The notes below the pieces were generated by a model, which was given only the letters and a program-made list of their open reading frames with translations, did not search any database and had not been told where the DNA came from. The translations under genes and the position numbers were made by a program. Below, piece after piece: positions 31,180 through 41,540 of a stretch of DNA of 64,000 bases. Source of the stretch: Candidatus Cloacimonadales bacterium (GTDB lineage: Bacteria; Cloacimonadota; Cloacimonadia; Cloacimonadales; JAFGVF01); contig OY782781.1 in assembly GCA_963678315.1 (NCBI GenBank), positions 2,400,001 to 2,464,000 of the forward strand. Direction: 5' to 3'. Numbering within the stretch: the stretch's first letter is position 1; each line of letters starts with the position of its first letter.

Positions 31180-32220
31180 TTAGTCCTCAATTCTTGAAAG
31201 GATGATATCTCTTTTAGCTGTTAGAGCTTCTTTTAGTGAATTAATGTCATATAATTCTGTACTCTTATGAGTAACATCAATATCTAGTTCCCCTTTGACT
31301 ATACTCTTACTTAACCAGTACGTTTCTCTATCTCCTTCTAAATTGAATCCTATATCGGATATTGTACCTTCATCTTTATTTTGCCAAGTGTTTAAAAGAT
31401 CATTCACGTTGTTTTCGCTTGGATTGTAATTCGATTCATACTTAAAGTTCAGAACTTTATTGGAGACCTTATTAATATCGTGAATCCCTGTGATTTTCAG
31501 GAATGATTGAATAACATTTAAATCCTTTTCAATCTGTATATCTAACTTCATCTTAGTAATTAGTTTTCTGACATCTGAAAATCTACTCTTTAGTAAATCT
31601 AGCTGACCACCCAATAATAGAAGATGAGACTCAAAAAAAGGATAGATAAGTTCATTCTGTTTGAAATGTTCTAGGTTCTCAATGCTAGGAGTTTTAATCC
31701 TAAAATCCCCTACCCTCTTCTCTTTAACAAATTTTGAATGAAATTGTAAAAAACTCTGCAAATATTGACAAAACTGTCTATTTCCGTTAACAATATGATT
31801 AAATCTAACAGTTAAATAAATGTTCTTCGAAGGAATTATCCAAAAGTAGGTACCATATCCAGGTACATAACCCTCTTCAAATTTAGTATCTTTCACATCA
31901 GCTTGATCAATAGGCTTAGTTGAGTTAATAGCACTAACACTATTATCTGTTGTTGGTGTTTCATTCCAAGTTGTAAGGAATATATCCCCATACTCATTTT
32001 TTGTGATATCTGCACAAAAAGTTCTCATTATGTTTGAATTTTCTTGAGGATTTCCGTAAGTACAAGTCTCAGCTATGGTTTTATCATTTCTTTTTACCCA
32101 TTCAATTAAATCATCAAAAATATTATCTAAAGATCCCGATAGAGACCTTTCATCTCCGTAATGATAATATCCACACTTCTTAATATTAAAGTATCTTAGT
32201 TTTGCTTTTTCATTCATCAT
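31180..32220 (-). CDS. Hypothetical soluble protein (first gene of three-gene operon)
   Basis: 346-aa ORF with AGGAGG RBS; no family confidently recognised. Confidence 0.75.
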   Translation of the reverse strand: MMNEKAKLRYFNIKKCGYYHYGDERSLSGSLDNIFDDLIEWVKRNDKTIAETCTYGNPQENSNIMRTFCADITKNEYGDIFLTTWNETPTTDNSVSAINSTKPIDQADVKDTKFEEGYVPGYGTYFWIIPSKNIYLTVRFNHIVNGNRQFCQYLQSFLQFHSKFVKEKRVGDFRIKTPSIENLEHFKQNELIYPFFESHLLLLGGQLDLLKSRFSDVRKLITKMKLDIQIEKDLNVIQSFLKITGIHDINKVSNKVLNFKYESNYNPSENNVNDLLNTWQNKDEGTISDIGFNLEGDRETYWLSKSIVKGELDIDVTHKSTELYDINSLKEALTAKRDIILSRIED

Positions 32221-32349
32221 TAACCTCCTATTTCATTAGGTACACCTGTGAACTAAGTGAAATATATACCTTCAAAACTACATAGTTACTACTTTGAACA
32301 AATCTTGCTATAATATTATGCTCAAAATCTTTTTGATTAAAGTAGAGCT

Positions 32350-34020
32350 CAGACTGCTGACAAAGTAGAAAAAAGGTGTTTACAGCCAATTTTAGTTTTC
32401 ATCTGATAGTTGATAGATTTTTTAGTATTGGTGATGATATTGTTGCATAAGTTCACTATGGGAGACAATATACCCAAAATAATCAAAAAATTTGAGTATT
32501 TTTGTTAAAATAGAACCCTTTTTTAGCTTTTTATTGATTCTCTTAAAGTATTTAACTAATTTTACTAAATTTTGAGTACAAGCTGTCATTAGAGCTTGTT
32601 CTTTAACTTTTTCAAGTCCTCTATATCGTGCATATCGATATCCATGATTTTGTTTTGCATTAGCAAAACTCCTCTCAATAGTCTCTTTTCGTCGCTTATA
32701 AATCTCTTTACCACAGAATGTTAAACGATTCATATTTATCTTGTCTTTATATTTTTCCCAGACATGCCGATTTAGTACTTTCCTCCTTGTTTTATTTGAA
32801 GTACATTTAGATAAATGAGGACAGTTTTTACAGTCTTCAGCATTTGATACGTATTCTTTGTAGCCCTCTCTTCTTGTTGTTTTGTAATGTAATAATTTGT
32901 TATTTGGACAAATATATTGGTCGTTGACTGAGTCAAATTTGAATTTATTCTTGCTGAAAAATCCTTTTTTATGGCTACCTCTTTTGTACCCTATTACCCC
33001 CATTATTCCTTTTTCACATAAAAAACGACAATTATCTACAGTATTATACCCAGCATCTAAGCCTACAGCTATAACATTAAAATTAAACCTTTCAATCTGC
33101 CGAAGAAGACGAGATTTATATACCACTACATCATTTATATTCCCAGGTGTTATAAATACATCTGTTATAAAATTACATTTAGGATCCGTTGTCCTATGGT
33201 CTAAATAAAAGAAGCCTTGTGGTTTGCGGTCTCGTGCCATAAAACCACTGTCTGGATCTGTTGTGCTGGATTTAATTGTCTTGGTTTCTTCCTGTGGTTC
33301 CTTAGGAGGAAGTGGTTTTATATTGTGTTTTTTTCTGTCTTCTGCGACTGCTTCATCCAAATCTTTAATATATTCTTTTGTAGTTCTTTTTACTACAATT
33401 TTTATGAACTTATTCTTATTCGCATTAGCTTTTATATGGGTTGAGTCTGTATATAAAATTTTCCCATTAACTAAACCATTTTCAATGCCTAACTTAACAA
33501 TATTATCAAAAATCTCTTGAAATAAATCATTATTAGCAAATCGTCTTTTACGAGTTTTACTTATAATTGAATGGTGAGGAATTTTATCATTAAATCCGAA
33601 CCCTAAAAACCATCTATATGCAAGATTAACTTGTATTTCTTTAAATATTTGACGTTCTGATTTAATACCAAAGAGATAACCTATTAATATTATTTTAAAA
33701 AGAGTTATTGGATTAATAGCAGGTCTACCAAAAGTCTCATTGTATGTGTCTTTCATTATATCATAAACGAAAGAGAAATCTATATATTCATCAAAAAACC
33801 TAAGGATATGATCGTCTGGAACCTGTTCTTCTAAATTTACAAGCTCGAATTCGTATTGTTTTCTATATTCTTCTTTAATCATTTTATCACCTCTAATTAT
33901 ATGCCTATCATATAATAAGGAGTAATATTGTCAAGTCTATTTGTGCTTTTTCTGGGTTGTTTAGTACAGAAAAAACATACGAAAATCACACATTGATTAC
34001 ATGACTTTGTCAGCAGTCTG
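32350..34020 (-). mobile_element. IS1182-family insertion sequence
   Basis: 17-bp TIRs CAGACTGCTGACAAAGT / ACTTTGTCAGCAGTCTG; AGCT duplicated on both sides. Confidence 0.92.
32422..33882 (-). CDS. IS1182-family transposase
   Basis: 'GRPAINP', 'AYRWFLG', 'DSTHIKANA', 'TTDPDS', 'DAGY', 'IERSFANAK..HG.R'. Confidence 0.95.
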   Translation of the reverse strand: MIKEEYRKQYEFELVNLEEQVPDDHILRFFDEYIDFSFVYDIMKDTYNETFGRPAINPITLFKIILIGYLFGIKSERQIFKEIQVNLAYRWFLGFGFNDKIPHHSIISKTRKRRFANNDLFQEIFDNIVKLGIENGLVNGKILYTDSTHIKANANKNKFIKIVVKRTTKEYIKDLDEAVAEDRKKHNIKPLPPKEPQEETKTIKSSTTDPDSGFMARDRKPQGFFYLDHRTTDPKCNFITDVFITPGNINDVVVYKSRLLRQIERFNFNVIAVGLDAGYNTVDNCRFLCEKGIMGVIGYKRGSHKKGFFSKNKFKFDSVNDQYICPNNKLLHYKTTRREGYKEYVSNAEDCKNCPHLSKCTSNKTRRKVLNRHVWEKYKDKINMNRLTFCGKEIYKRRKETIERSFANAKQNHGYRYARYRGLEKVKEQALMTACTQNLVKLVKYFKRINKKLKKGSILTKILKFFDYFGYIVSHSELMQQYHHQY

Positions 34021-34064
34021 AGCTCTACCATTCAGTAGAGCTCCTATATTTTTTGCTTATGATT

Positions 34065-37000
34065 CTACTTAATTAGCAAACATTTCTTCACAACTGCTTG
34101 CTTATTTGATTCAAGTTTATAAAAATACATACCTGATGCTACTTTTTTATTTTGATTATTATTTCCATTCCATACAATTTGATATTGACCTTTTTCCATG
34201 TCACTGTCGAGTAATGTTTTTACCTTTTGTCCTCTTACATTGTAAATATTTAGTTTAACTCGACTTCTTTGTGGTATGAAATACCTTATATTTGTTGAGG
34301 GGTTGAATGGATTAGGATAACAATTATAAAGTACTGGTTTTAAAGGAATAACTTGACTTTGTGTATTCTCTGGATTTCTAAGTGAAGACAATATTTTTCT
34401 TGTATTCATTATATGATCGTTTCTTGATCGTGGCATTAGGCTTGAGTATTTTGTCCTACATTTACCACCACTTTCCAACCAAGCAGATCCCATATCAATT
34501 ACAGCAAAACAGGAATCATTATATGTTGGAGGAGAGTCAATTATACTAGCATAATGATCAATGGCATCTTGGTAATTATTAATCAACCTATTACAAAGAG
34601 CTTTAGTGTTTAATAACTCTCTTCTAAAGTCATTTTGATTTGGATATGATATCAGTTTAGCATCAATCCATTCAATCAAACTAGGCACTTGATTAACTTT
34701 TGAATGACATACTGTTATACCTTTAAGAACCTGAAAATCATCATCTGTTAGAAGAGAATCATTAAGTACTTGGTAGTAATATTGTATTGCCATATCCCAG
34801 TTACTATTTATTCTGGCATTTTCAGCTAAATAGAATGTCTCATTCATCCCATCCCTACCGGCACTGCCATTAGGAGTTGTTAACCATGGATCATAGTGAA
34901 TGTCTCTGAAGTTACTAAAGGTGCTAATTATGTCATTTTCAGTTGCATATCCCCACCAATTATCATCAGCTTTAATTTGGCTTTTTATTCTTTCTGTTAC
35001 AATGTTTATTTGCTCAATTTCAGTGTTCTCAAAATTGTTAAAACCTCCAGCAAGATAAGGTGTTGAATGTACTGCAAGCAATCCAATATCATTTTCAGAT
35101 ATTTCATTTCCTCCAGTTTCATTATAAGCAAGGTAAGGGACTGCACCTTTATAAGATGCAATACCAACATCAGAATTTAGAATTTGGTCATGTCCAAAAT
35201 CTATAAGGGATTCATAAGCTGATATTGAAATCTCATTGTTACTTAATAAGCTATTTTTTACTACGTAAGTTCCATTATCAAGCATTTCCAGACCTATCTC
35301 AGCATTAGATAGATGTGTATTAATCACAATCAAATTAGTATTATTTACAGAGGATATCCCCAACCAATGATCTTTAATTACATCAGGGCACATACCTTCA
35401 ACAATAACAGGATAATCTTCAGTTCCGTTGAAATCAATACGTCCGTAGTTATTTATGATGTTTTTATTCCTTATACGAACCTCAATTCCTGGATTAAAAT
35501 TAAGATTTACTCCTGAATTTATACGTAGATTTTTATCTATCACAACATCTTGCCAAATAGTAAGATCTTCATCCACAACACTCGGGATATTATACAGATA
35601 CTGAGCAGTGTTCCTTTCATTGTTTGAAAACTGAGTCCATTCATCCATCTCATCAACATTATTATTCTTTATTGGAATCCTATAAATTTTTGCCTCATTT
35701 GTATCCTGATTACCAGCCAATATATATAAATCTCTTATACTTGTAGAAAAAGCTGATCCAATTGCCATTGACTTAATATTAGCAAAGAAGTTTATGTTAT
35801 AGCTTTGAAGAGGTTCTTCATTAACTTGATATACTGAGAGTTCATTGTCTTTTGATAAAACAACATCTTGTGTGTTACTTTCTCCAAGATCTGCAAGAAG
35901 CGAAGGCCTCCTATTCTTATGATAGTATCCACCATTTTCAGAAGAATAATCGTTGGTTGTATGATTAATTCTATAGCCTTGTTCAACATCAAGAACTTCT
36001 TCTGAGGCTGTTGTTAAGATTTCAATTCCAAAGTTGTCAGGATAGAAATCTCCTGCAATAATTTTGCCAGGGGCTAAGTCAATATTATCAATTTCATCAA
36101 TAGGAGATGGAGTATTGTCAACATGAGACCAGATTTGAACTGGGTCTTCATCTCCATAGTCATAACAGTAGGTAGTATAACTAGAAGTCCTCTCGATTCC
36201 CGGATGAAAATCTTTTGTAATCCCAAAAAACAAACGATTATGATAAACAGCTTCATCGGGATCATTAAATTGTGGTTTAATCAAAAGTAAGTTTGTAGAC
36301 CGCAAGTTAGTGATATTATCATTACCTGGACCAATGATCGGTTCGATATGTTCATCAATGCTATAACCGTCTCTAGTTCCATCTAGAAATCTTGTTTTCA
36401 TAATTTCAATCCAATTATCATTTGTTCGAACAATAGCTGTAATTTCACGACCAAAATTTTGATCTACATTTCCAACAGCCAGTTCAGAAAGAAACCTTCT
36501 CCCATCGGTTAAAGAACGATATAAGATTTCATATTCCGTGCTAGGATAATCATATTGTGTTATTGTTGCATAAAAACCTGTATCAGTGTCGTAGTCATTT
36601 CCATTTAAAATAACATCCATCCTTCCATTACCAGTTACATCGTCAACGACAAGAGACTTAATTTCTGCAGTAACATCATTATTTAATATAACAGGGTAAT
36701 TATCAATTTCAATCATGTTCAAATCATAGGCATATACGGTTACTGCATTGGTCACAAAAACTACTTCAGCATTATCTCCATATACTATATCACCAAAGGC
36801 TGGTTTTGCAATTATAGAGTCATTAACTATTTCCATAAATAAATGTGAATTACGATATAAACATGCAAAGTATTCAAAGCTATCATTAATTGGCTTCTTC
36901 AAACCAAAAGCTAATTCATCAAGACCATCATTATTCATGTCAAATATTGCAACTTCTGAAGTTAACTGATATGTTGATAGGTCTACTAATTCTTCTAACT

Positions 37001-38669
37001 TAGGTACACATGGCACCTCAAAATACACGATATCAGTACGCCCCTCATAAAAAAGCTCTAACGAAAATCTAATATTTCTCCCATAAGGAGAGGAGTCAGA
37101 AATAATAAAGTCGCTAATAGAATCAAAGCCAAGAGAGCTTATTGGATTCCATTGCCCATTTCCTTCATCTATATTAATGAAAGGGTCATCAGTTGAAAGA
37201 TGTCCTATTACAACATCACTACCTGATTCCCACCAGTTCTTTAAGGATATGCTAAGACGTACTTCATCTTCTCCAGTGGACAAAACTCCATCTCCTGTTG
37301 CATCAACAGTAACACTATGAAGTCTATATGCTGGATGGTTCCCTTCAGTGAGAGCTCGATAAACATTTAAACGACCTGTTCCCAGAGAACGCATATACAT
37401 AGAATTTGTATTCATTTGTGTTAGGTCATCTGCGGTTCCCTTTAATCTTTGGATTATTTGTTCACGGGTTATACCTGGGAATGTATCTTTTATCAATGCT
37501 ACAGCACCAGAAACCATTGGTGCAGACATTGATGTTCCATCAGCGTATTCATAATTGCTACTCCATGGATTATATGGTAAATTGTGATTAGTAAACTCTT
37601 CATCCTGAGGGGTAGTTGAAACTATTCCATTGCCAGGTGCACAAATATCAAGCAAGTTCCCGTAGTTTGTATAAGATGCTTTAGCGTCATTGATTCCTGT
37701 AGCTCCAACAGAAATAACTCCTGGTATATTTGCTGGGAAAGCAACACTATTTGTACCTTCATTACCAGCTGCAGCTACAAACACAATAGTTGGATCTTCA
37801 TCCATTATTCTGTTAATGAGATTTCTTAATGTAATGTTAGTATTAGACATTCCCCAGCTCATGTTTATAACTTCTGCTCCATTTCTAAAAGCCCAATTAA
37901 TCCCACTAATAACAGTACTTGCACTGAAACCAAAATGGCTTATTTTGACAGTCATCAGCTGGCAACCAGGCTCAAGGTTGTCCCATCCTCCTGCTACACC
38001 TGCTACACCTATTGAATTATTAGTAGATGCTCCAATAATCCCTGCAACATGAGTTCCATGTCCACTATTATCCTGAGGTATATTGATATCTTGGGGACCG
38101 TTAATTCCGAATACATTATAACCATGGTTACCATTTCCATCATCCCAAAGATTACTTTCCAAATCAGGATGATTTCCATATTGGCCAATACCTAAGTCAA
38201 TTCCAGAATCCAGCACAGCAACCGTAACATTTCCTCCATAAGCTATTTGGTTACTCCATACCTGATTCATACCTATTTTTTCTAAACCCCAAGAGGTTGA
38301 GTTATATGAGTCATCTGTGTTTATTCCGAATAATTCTAATTTATTGTCTGGTTCTGCATATTCAATATTAATTTCTTTCTCTAAATTGAAAATTACATCT
38401 TCAATATCGTACATCTTATTAAATTCAGCCAGATAGTAAGCCCCTTCATAATCACCTGTTTGGATGGTAAACAATGTGTCCAGTTTACTGATTTGATAGT
38501 TAGAGGCAATAGTATTAAACCAAGTTCTATCTGTTATCACAACTCCTGAGTTGCTACCTGTAACATTGATAGAAATATCACTCTTAAAGAGAATATTTCC
38601 TTCTACAAAATTAGCTGATAAAGTGCTCATAACAATAATTAAAGTAATAAAAACTATTATCTTTTTCAT
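34065..38669 (-). CDS. Secreted S8 (subtilisin-like) peptidase, multidomain, with FlgD-Ig/Por-type CTD
   Basis: signal peptide; catalytic 'VLDSG', 'HGTHVAG', 'GTSMSAP'; FG-GAP-like repeats, beta-helix, TPR-like region; 'YPNPFNPST' CTD. Confidence 0.9.
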   Translation of the reverse strand: MKKIIVFITLIIVMSTLSANFVEGNILFKSDISINVTGSNSGVVITDRTWFNTIASNYQISKLDTLFTIQTGDYEGAYYLAEFNKMYDIEDVIFNLEKEINIEYAEPDNKLELFGINTDDSYNSTSWGLEKIGMNQVWSNQIAYGGNVTVAVLDSGIDLGIGQYGNHPDLESNLWDDGNGNHGYNVFGINGPQDINIPQDNSGHGTHVAGIIGASTNNSIGVAGVAGGWDNLEPGCQLMTVKISHFGFSASTVISGINWAFRNGAEVINMSWGMSNTNITLRNLINRIMDEDPTIVFVAAAGNEGTNSVAFPANIPGVISVGATGINDAKASYTNYGNLLDICAPGNGIVSTTPQDEEFTNHNLPYNPWSSNYEYADGTSMSAPMVSGAVALIKDTFPGITREQIIQRLKGTADDLTQMNTNSMYMRSLGTGRLNVYRALTEGNHPAYRLHSVTVDATGDGVLSTGEDEVRLSISLKNWWESGSDVVIGHLSTDDPFINIDEGNGQWNPISSLGFDSISDFIISDSSPYGRNIRFSLELFYEGRTDIVYFEVPCVPKLEELVDLSTYQLTSEVAIFDMNNDGLDELAFGLKKPINDSFEYFACLYRNSHLFMEIVNDSIIAKPAFGDIVYGDNAEVVFVTNAVTVYAYDLNMIEIDNYPVILNNDVTAEIKSLVVDDVTGNGRMDVILNGNDYDTDTGFYATITQYDYPSTEYEILYRSLTDGRRFLSELAVGNVDQNFGREITAIVRTNDNWIEIMKTRFLDGTRDGYSIDEHIEPIIGPGNDNITNLRSTNLLLIKPQFNDPDEAVYHNRLFFGITKDFHPGIERTSSYTTYCYDYGDEDPVQIWSHVDNTPSPIDEIDNIDLAPGKIIAGDFYPDNFGIEILTTASEEVLDVEQGYRINHTTNDYSSENGGYYHKNRRPSLLADLGESNTQDVVLSKDNELSVYQVNEEPLQSYNINFFANIKSMAIGSAFSTSIRDLYILAGNQDTNEAKIYRIPIKNNNVDEMDEWTQFSNNERNTAQYLYNIPSVVDEDLTIWQDVVIDKNLRINSGVNLNFNPGIEVRIRNKNIINNYGRIDFNGTEDYPVIVEGMCPDVIKDHWLGISSVNNTNLIVINTHLSNAEIGLEMLDNGTYVVKNSLLSNNEISISAYESLIDFGHDQILNSDVGIASYKGAVPYLAYNETGGNEISENDIGLLAVHSTPYLAGGFNNFENTEIEQINIVTERIKSQIKADDNWWGYATENDIISTFSNFRDIHYDPWLTTPNGSAGRDGMNETFYLAENARINSNWDMAIQYYYQVLNDSLLTDDDFQVLKGITVCHSKVNQVPSLIEWIDAKLISYPNQNDFRRELLNTKALCNRLINNYQDAIDHYASIIDSPPTYNDSCFAVIDMGSAWLESGGKCRTKYSSLMPRSRNDHIMNTRKILSSLRNPENTQSQVIPLKPVLYNCYPNPFNPSTNIRYFIPQRSRVKLNIYNVRGQKVKTLLDSDMEKGQYQIVWNGNNNQNKKVASGMYFYKLESNKQAVVKKCLLIK

Positions 38670-38692
38670 TTTTTCCTCCTATTTTTTTGCTA

Positions 38693-39649
38693 CTATTTTA
38701 TAATTGTGATTTTCTTAACTTGACTTCTTTTCCTATCCTTAACATTTAGAAAGTATATTCCAGACGGATAATCTAAATTCTGAATTCGAAAATACCCTTT
38801 CTTTGATTTTAGATTATTTTCAGAATAAACTAATCTACCTCTAAGGTCATAAAGAGACAGACTTATGTTCTTATTATTTTTTTCCATAAATTCAATATTA
38901 AAACTATTTCTACATGGCTGTGGATAGATTTGTTTGATCAGCTGATTCTGCATAGGTTCAACCTCATGAGAATTTGACACTATTTTTTGGTAGGTTACGA
39001 TTAAATGTGGATTATACGAATGAGGTGAAGTTGGGTTATTAGAATATGCAACAACATCTGTCTCATATGACCCTGTATCATAACCTGGAGGGAATCTAAG
39101 TCTAAACTGTGAGTATTCACGAGATTGTTCTATATCGTTATGATAGCTCTCAGTAACCGGATAGGAGACCCAGCCAACATAAGCACTATTCTGCAATACC
39201 CCCACATTTGAAGTAAGTGACCCATTATCAAAAACTGAAGGAGCTATAGTATCAAATTGTATATGATCAATAATGACAGAGTAAGGTGTTGAATAGTAAT
39301 GAGGCCATATGAGATCAATGTTTCCGTCCCAATAATACTCACATTTAAGACGGAGCATTACACTTGATATAGTGTAATCATTAGGAACTGGCATAGTCTC
39401 AAATGTAATAAAAGATCTGCTTTCTTCAATACCATTTCCGATCATAGATCTATCACCATAAGCAATGATTAATGATGGTTCATTTGGGAAATGATAATAA
39501 GTATTCATATCCATATTATGAAATATTGCTCCAGTCATAGGTATAGGTTCAGAGTATATTGTATCAACAAGAACTGATTCATTTCTATAAGCATATAACT
39601 GTAAAATTATGCTAAATAGAATTAAAAAGATTAAGAGATGTCTCTTCAT
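38693..39649 (-). CDS. Secreted protein with Por/T9SS-type C-terminal domain
   Basis: signal peptide; 'IYPQP..LYDLRGRLV..PSGIYFL..KKITIIK'. Confidence 0.75.
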   Translation of the reverse strand: MKRHLLIFLILFSIILQLYAYRNESVLVDTIYSEPIPMTGAIFHNMDMNTYYHFPNEPSLIIAYGDRSMIGNGIEESRSFITFETMPVPNDYTISSVMLRLKCEYYWDGNIDLIWPHYYSTPYSVIIDHIQFDTIAPSVFDNGSLTSNVGVLQNSAYVGWVSYPVTESYHNDIEQSREYSQFRLRFPPGYDTGSYETDVVAYSNNPTSPHSYNPHLIVTYQKIVSNSHEVEPMQNQLIKQIYPQPCRNSFNIEFMEKNNKNISLSLYDLRGRLVYSENNLKSKKGYFRIQNLDYPSGIYFLNVKDRKRSQVKKITIIK

Positions 39650-40282
39650 TTTTCCTCCATTTTAATGTATAAAATTATATATAATGTGTGATTATGATAA
39701 AGCGATATTTATATAATCATCATCAAGATTCATTCGATAATAAAAAACTTCCATAACCAATCAATAGTTTATTGTAAAGCAGACCTTGAACTTATATGAA
39801 TTTCAAACTTACTCACATAATATAATATTTAACCAAATCTAATTTGAAAATAGTTAGCAATTTACTTATTGTCAATTATTTTATTTACCCTTTATATAAA
39901 AGGGGTATTAGAAAAGGCTTTTTCATGCTAATATAGACAATCTAAGCTTGTGAATTTTTAGCGATATTAACTATGCATGCCATAAGTCTCTGCCCAAAAA
40001 AGTGATTTAATGCAGAAAATTTCTTATAAATAAAGATAATTTGGGATAAAATATATAAAATAAGCACCCATTAAATATAGAAAGTGTTCATTTCTATTAA
40101 CAAATATTTCTTTCTTATACATCTTCTCATACATAAGCCATAAACTCTTCACCCACTATTTCACCTATTTTTTTGATATTTTAACTTATTCTGTGTTAAC
40201 TCTTTGCAACTCGGTTTGCCTTATGTCTAGTTTTAGTTTTAGATTGCATCAGAATTAAATTAAACGATGTAAGGATTTTTAA

Positions 40283-40708
40283 ATGAGAATAGATACACAT
40301 ACAATTTTGAGAGTCTTAAATCTACCTGAAGATGAAAAGATAGCACAGCTCCTTGAAGAACATTCTGAAAGTGCAGTAGGCTGGTTTATAAAAGTAGCTG
40401 AAAGCTCAGTGCTTGAATCTCTTACAGACTACAAGATGGCATACTCTTTCTTTTTGCTTTCTCAAGTTTTGGACTTTTTGAATCTTAAAACTCTTGGCTC
40501 AGGTATTATTAAGACTACAGGCATTGATGCTCAAGCTACCCAGTTATTGACAGGTAGTGAAATTAGAGCTTTTAAAAAGGATTTAGAGATTCGTGCCTTA
40601 GAGACTATTTATGACTATCTAACTCCTCTTGGTGTAAAGCGTTTGGATGAGCTCAAATTTGGTTCTACATCAGTTAAACACTATAGAACAAGAGCAAGTG
40701 TAATATGA
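40283..40708 (+). CDS. Phage protein, possible head-tail adaptor
   Basis: first gene of overlapping late operon; function inferred from size and position only. Confidence 0.45.
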   Translation: MRIDTHTILRVLNLPEDEKIAQLLEEHSESAVGWFIKVAESSVLESLTDYKMAYSFFLLSQVLDFLNLKTLGSGIIKTTGIDAQATQLLTGSEIRAFKKDLEIRALETIYDYLTPLGVKRLDELKFGSTSVKHYRTRASVI

Positions 40709-41169
40709 GTATTCAAACTGAAATATTAAGAGCTATCTACTCTGCAATAGAGAGTAAACTACACCTTATCGGTAGTGTTATTGAAGGTAAGACCAGAAGG
40801 CTTATCTTAGAAAAAGGCATTAAAGACAGAGGTGATTTCTATCAAAACACTAGCTATGCAGTGAATTTTAACAACTCTTCAATTGACCTAGCTGTAGGAT
40901 CTAATGTACCTCATGAGCAATATGTCTTAGGTGGTAAAGTTCCTTCCTGGACTCCAATCCAACCACTTAAAGATTGGGTCGCTCGTAAAGGATTAGACTG
41001 GGTTGATAAGATAACTGGTGAACAACTTACAATTGAAAATATTGCTTACATGATTAGGGCTAAGATAAAACGTCAAGGTGTACCTGAACGTAATGTCTTT
41101 GCAGAAGTTATCCATAATCAAGAGAAGTGGATTTTTGACCAGCTAGATTCTATTGAGGTGGTTCTATGA
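40705..41169 (+). CDS. HK97 gp10/virion morphogenesis-like protein
   Basis: 'VGSNVPH..YV..G..P', 'LKDWV..K', 'I..KI...G...R..F'. Confidence 0.65.
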   Translation: MSIQTEILRAIYSAIESKLHLIGSVIEGKTRRLILEKGIKDRGDFYQNTSYAVNFNNSSIDLAVGSNVPHEQYVLGGKVPSWTPIQPLKDWVARKGLDWVDKITGEQLTIENIAYMIRAKIKRQGVPERNVFAEVIHNQEKWIFDQLDSIEVVL

Positions 41170-41540
41170 CCTTTCAAGATAAAAGACTAGCTATTGTTAA
41201 AGCACTTGTTGACACAGGTATTTCCACTAAACATATCGCTTTTTCTAAAGACACTATTCCTAGCTCTTTTCCTTCTGCTATTGTTATTTTAGAAGGAGAA
41301 AAAGGTACTAATAAATCTTCTAAGCGATTCTTATCTTTTGAGTATGATATACAAGTATTTCTAATTGCTGATGTTAATAACTCAGATGATCCTGATAGTG
41401 TAATCTTAGATTTATCAGATAGATTTAAAGCAAACTATTTATCATCTGTTGGCGATGATATCCCTAAGATTGAGTTCTATCCAGCAAGAGCAGATGCAGG
41501 TCGTAAGGTCCGTATTGCAAAGGTTTATACGGTAATATAG
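41166..41540 (+). CDS. Phage protein, possible tail terminator
   Basis: 124 aa, 'SFPSAIVIL' motif and position. Confidence 0.45.
   Translation: MTFQDKRLAIVKALVDTGISTKHIAFSKDTIPSSFPSAIVILEGEKGTNKSSKRFLSFEYDIQVFLIADVNNSDDPDSVILDLSDRFKANYLSSVGDDIPKIEFYPARADAGRKVRIAKVYTVI

Noticed and set aside
37690..38052. 120-aa plus-strand ORF and other short antisense ORFs in the track
   Set aside because: Shadow frames of well-supported genes on the opposite strand
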